NCBI GenBank assembly: GCA_036337435.1 | Contig: JAYZEG010000010.1 | Span: 32,001-96,000 of the forward strand | Source: Myxococcota bacterium | GTDB taxonomy: Bacteria; Myxococcota_A; Bradymonadia; UBA7976; UBA1532 | Length of the DNA stretch: 64,000 nucleotides | Direction: 5' to 3' | Shown here: positions 61,792 through 64,000 of the stretch, one piece after another | Layout: each line of letters opens with the position of its first letter | Position numbering within the stretch: position 1 is the first letter of the stretch | Program-made: the position numbers and the translations under genes | The notes under the pieces: model-generated | The model's input: only the letters and a program-made list of their open reading frames with translations | Told to the model about the DNA's origin: nothing | Databases searched by the model: none

Positions 61792-62532
61792 TCAGTCCGA
61801 CTCATTTGAATCGATTTTTCTGGCTGATTCGATTCGACCTGTCCATGGCACTGTGGTCTTTGACATCGTCTTGGATCGAAGCGCGGACTGGGTTGAGACA
61901 GCAAATTCGATACCCGCATCTTCTGCGATAAAGTTAAGACGTTTCATGCAGATTGTTCCGAGGACTCCTGCGATGAAACCAGCAAGATGAGCCATGTGGC
62001 TGACATGAGGCTGGAGCCCCGTAAAAATCGATAGGATATCGATCCCTAGGTACAGGGTCGCAACAATCCATGCATAAACCCGCACTGTGCCAGCTCGCAC
62101 ATAGGCAATCATGAAAATCATGTAGCCAAAGCGAAGCTTGCCCTTGGGGAATAAGACGAGATAGCCACCCATGAGCCCATAGACCATGCCTGAGGCACCG
62201 ACTTCAAATCCTTGTTTGATCAGCAATTGGCCCGCATAACTACCGACGACCCCACAGAACACCATAACAAAAAGATAAGCCCATCTTCGGTAGAAGCACT
62301 CAAGGGCACTGCCAAAGAGCAGAATTCCAATTAAATTACCAATGAGATGTTGGACATTGCCATGTGCAAAATTAGACGTGATGGCCTTGAGGAACGATGG
62401 GTCATGATATTTGAATCCGAGAGACGTCTGATCGATGGCTCCATAGATGATGATACAAGCCAAGGCGATAAACCACGTCAAATAGGGCCGTTCATAAAAT
62501 TCCTGGTCTTGACCCAGGGGTACAATATACAT
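61792..62532 (-). CDS. Rhomboid family intramembrane serine protease
   Basis: FAH...HLIGN, VGASG, AHLAG. Confidence 0.9.
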   Translation of the reverse strand: MYIVPLGQDQEFYERPYLTWFIALACIIIYGAIDQTSLGFKYHDPSFLKAITSNFAHGNVQHLIGNLIGILLFGSALECFYRRWAYLFVMVFCGVVGSYAGQLLIKQGFEVGASGMVYGLMGGYLVLFPKGKLRFGYMIFMIAYVRAGTVRVYAWIVATLYLGIDILSIFTGLQPHVSHMAHLAGFIAGVLGTICMKRLNFIAEDAGIEFAVSTQSALRSKTMSKTTVPWTGRIESARKIDSNESD

Positions 62533-62615
62533 GCCGTCGTCCTACAACCTAGATAACCCAAAAAGAAAGCACTCACAGACAAATCAATCTTTGACGCACC
62601 GAGTAAATCGCACCA

Positions 62616-63854
62616 TCAGCGCGTCATCGCACCGTAGACCATTTGAGGGAGCTCGAATCGAAATTTCGGCCCACCCCATGGAAACATCTGAGTCCAGCCT
62701 ATAAAAGCAGTGTTTGATGAACGGTCAATCCAAAAAAATGTGTTGGCAATCCCAGACCAACCCGCTTCCCCAACGGTGCCCAGCCGTCGATGTCCAGAAA
62801 TTTTCCTCAGAATCGCAAACCCGAATCCCATTCCGTATCCTGGCGAAACGCTTAATTTTGGAGATAAGTGGTCTGTGAACATGAAATCGACAGTTCGTGG
62901 CGAGAGCAGGCGAATCCCGTTTAATTGGCCCCCATTGAGCAGCATCTGCAAAAACTTGAGATAGTCATCTACGGTGGAGACCAAGCCCCCACCCCCCATC
63001 GCCATCTTTGGCCGAGCCAAAAACCCGTTCGTCAAGCCAGGTTCAGCCGGGGCCAGAGTGCCGTTTTTCTGCCGAACATAAAGCATCATCAATCGATCAT
63101 GATCCGCCTTTGGAACATAAAATCCTGTGTCGACCATCCCCAATGGCTTAAAGATGTGCTTGGTCATGTAGTCATCGAGCGAAAGCCCCGACACCAACTC
63201 GATTATTCGACCCAAAACATCTGTCGACACACCGTATGAGTATTGAGACCCAGGCTGACACTTAAGGGGAAGCTTGGCCACGGTGGACACAAATTGGGCA
63301 CTGTTTCGCTTGCCATCAAAGAGCGTTGCTTTGTTGTAGATTTGATCGACAGGGTGTTTGGTAAATGGGTATGTGAAACACGCTGTGTGCAGAAATAAGT
63401 CGCGGATTGTGATTGATTTTCGTGCGGCTGTAAATTGGGGATTTTCGGCTGTACCTCCAACAAAAACTTGAGTCTGCTTGAACTCGGGGATAAAGGTCTC
63501 AATGGGGTCGAATAGCTGAAAATGTCCCTGCTCGTAGAGCATCATTGCCGCCACGGCTGTCACCGCCTTTGTCATTGAATAAATGCGGAAAATTGCATTT
63601 CTGGACAGCGGTTTACTCGACTCGCGATCCTGATAACCATGGGTGGATAAATGAACGATCTGACCGTCTCGAATCACAGCCGTGCTGAGGCCATTGAGAC
63701 GCCCCGAATCAACATGCGCCTGCATGCGTGCTTTCAACTGTTGCAGCCGCTCATGAGAAAAGCCAAGCGATGCAGGATCACCGGTCTTTAATGGACCGGC
63801 CGAGGGCGAGCAGGGCGCAAGGAGAAAGACGGTAAAGGCCAGCCATGAGCGCAT
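62616..63854 (-). CDS. Serine hydrolase (beta-lactamase class C-like family)
   Basis: FRIYSMTK (SxxK), YSYG, GGGGLVST, GWSG; likely start MRSWL at 63854. Confidence 0.9.
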   Translation of the reverse strand: MRSWLAFTVFLLAPCSPSAGPLKTGDPASLGFSHERLQQLKARMQAHVDSGRLNGLSTAVIRDGQIVHLSTHGYQDRESSKPLSRNAIFRIYSMTKAVTAVAAMMLYEQGHFQLFDPIETFIPEFKQTQVFVGGTAENPQFTAARKSITIRDLFLHTACFTYPFTKHPVDQIYNKATLFDGKRNSAQFVSTVAKLPLKCQPGSQYSYGVSTDVLGRIIELVSGLSLDDYMTKHIFKPLGMVDTGFYVPKADHDRLMMLYVRQKNGTLAPAEPGLTNGFLARPKMAMGGGGLVSTVDDYLKFLQMLLNGGQLNGIRLLSPRTVDFMFTDHLSPKLSVSPGYGMGFGFAILRKISGHRRLGTVGEAGWSGIANTFFWIDRSSNTAFIGWTQMFPWGGPKFRFELPQMVYGAMTR

Positions 63855-64000
63855 CGTATTTATCTCCAGATCAACAGTGTCCAAGAACAGCGACCTTTAG
63901 TTTCAATGGGCGTGTACTGCTGTCCCACGCTTGAGTCTATCAAGACCTGGAACCGGAAACAGACAAATCGGTCAACAGTGACTTTGACTCTACGACAAAT

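Noticed and set aside
61792..62532. Rhomboid as a sorting enzyme for the MYXO-CTERM-like protein
   Set aside because: About 19 kb away with no linkage; it shows only generic rhomboid motifs
1..64000. rRNA, tRNA, transposase, integrase, prophage or defence genes
   Set aside because: None recognised by eye; tRNAscan-SE, ISEScan and DefenseFinder would be needed to exclude divergent cases

Overview
A gene-dense bacterial window of moderate GC, about 50 CDS. The gene content suggests a Myxococcota/Bradymonadia-like organism (inference): many Cys-rich, TSP3-repeat and Gly-linker lipoproteins, a MYXO-CTERM-like protein, a Ser/Thr kinase, an FHA-like regulator and sigma54-type promoters. Recognisable genes are hemH, a NupC/CNT transporter, phoD, ttcA, aqpZ, an OPT transporter, an M16 peptidase pair, an SSS symporter, a CaCA antiporter, a rhomboid protease and an mbnP-mbnH pair with a second divergent MbnH-like peroxidase. 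I found no rRNA, tRNA, transposase or CRISPR-cas. The strongest unexplained signal is non-coding. At 22511-22945 a near-consensus sigma54 promoter precedes three hairpins spaced about 120 bp apart; their stems covary, share a G.U pair and carry C-rich loops. A separate ~110-nt three-stem-loop RNA with the same loop style lies at 13507-13617. Several loops are exactly complementary to G-tract ribosome-binding regions of genes in this window, suggesting an unannotated family of anti-Shine-Dalgarno sRNAs. Other leads are a putative copper module (two MbnH, MbnP, a His-rich lipoprotein, a His1 surface protein), an HNOBA-like hybrid kinase, a lipoprotein-pilin fusion and a decayed peroxiredoxin. 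All family calls come from motif recognition by eye, not database searches.
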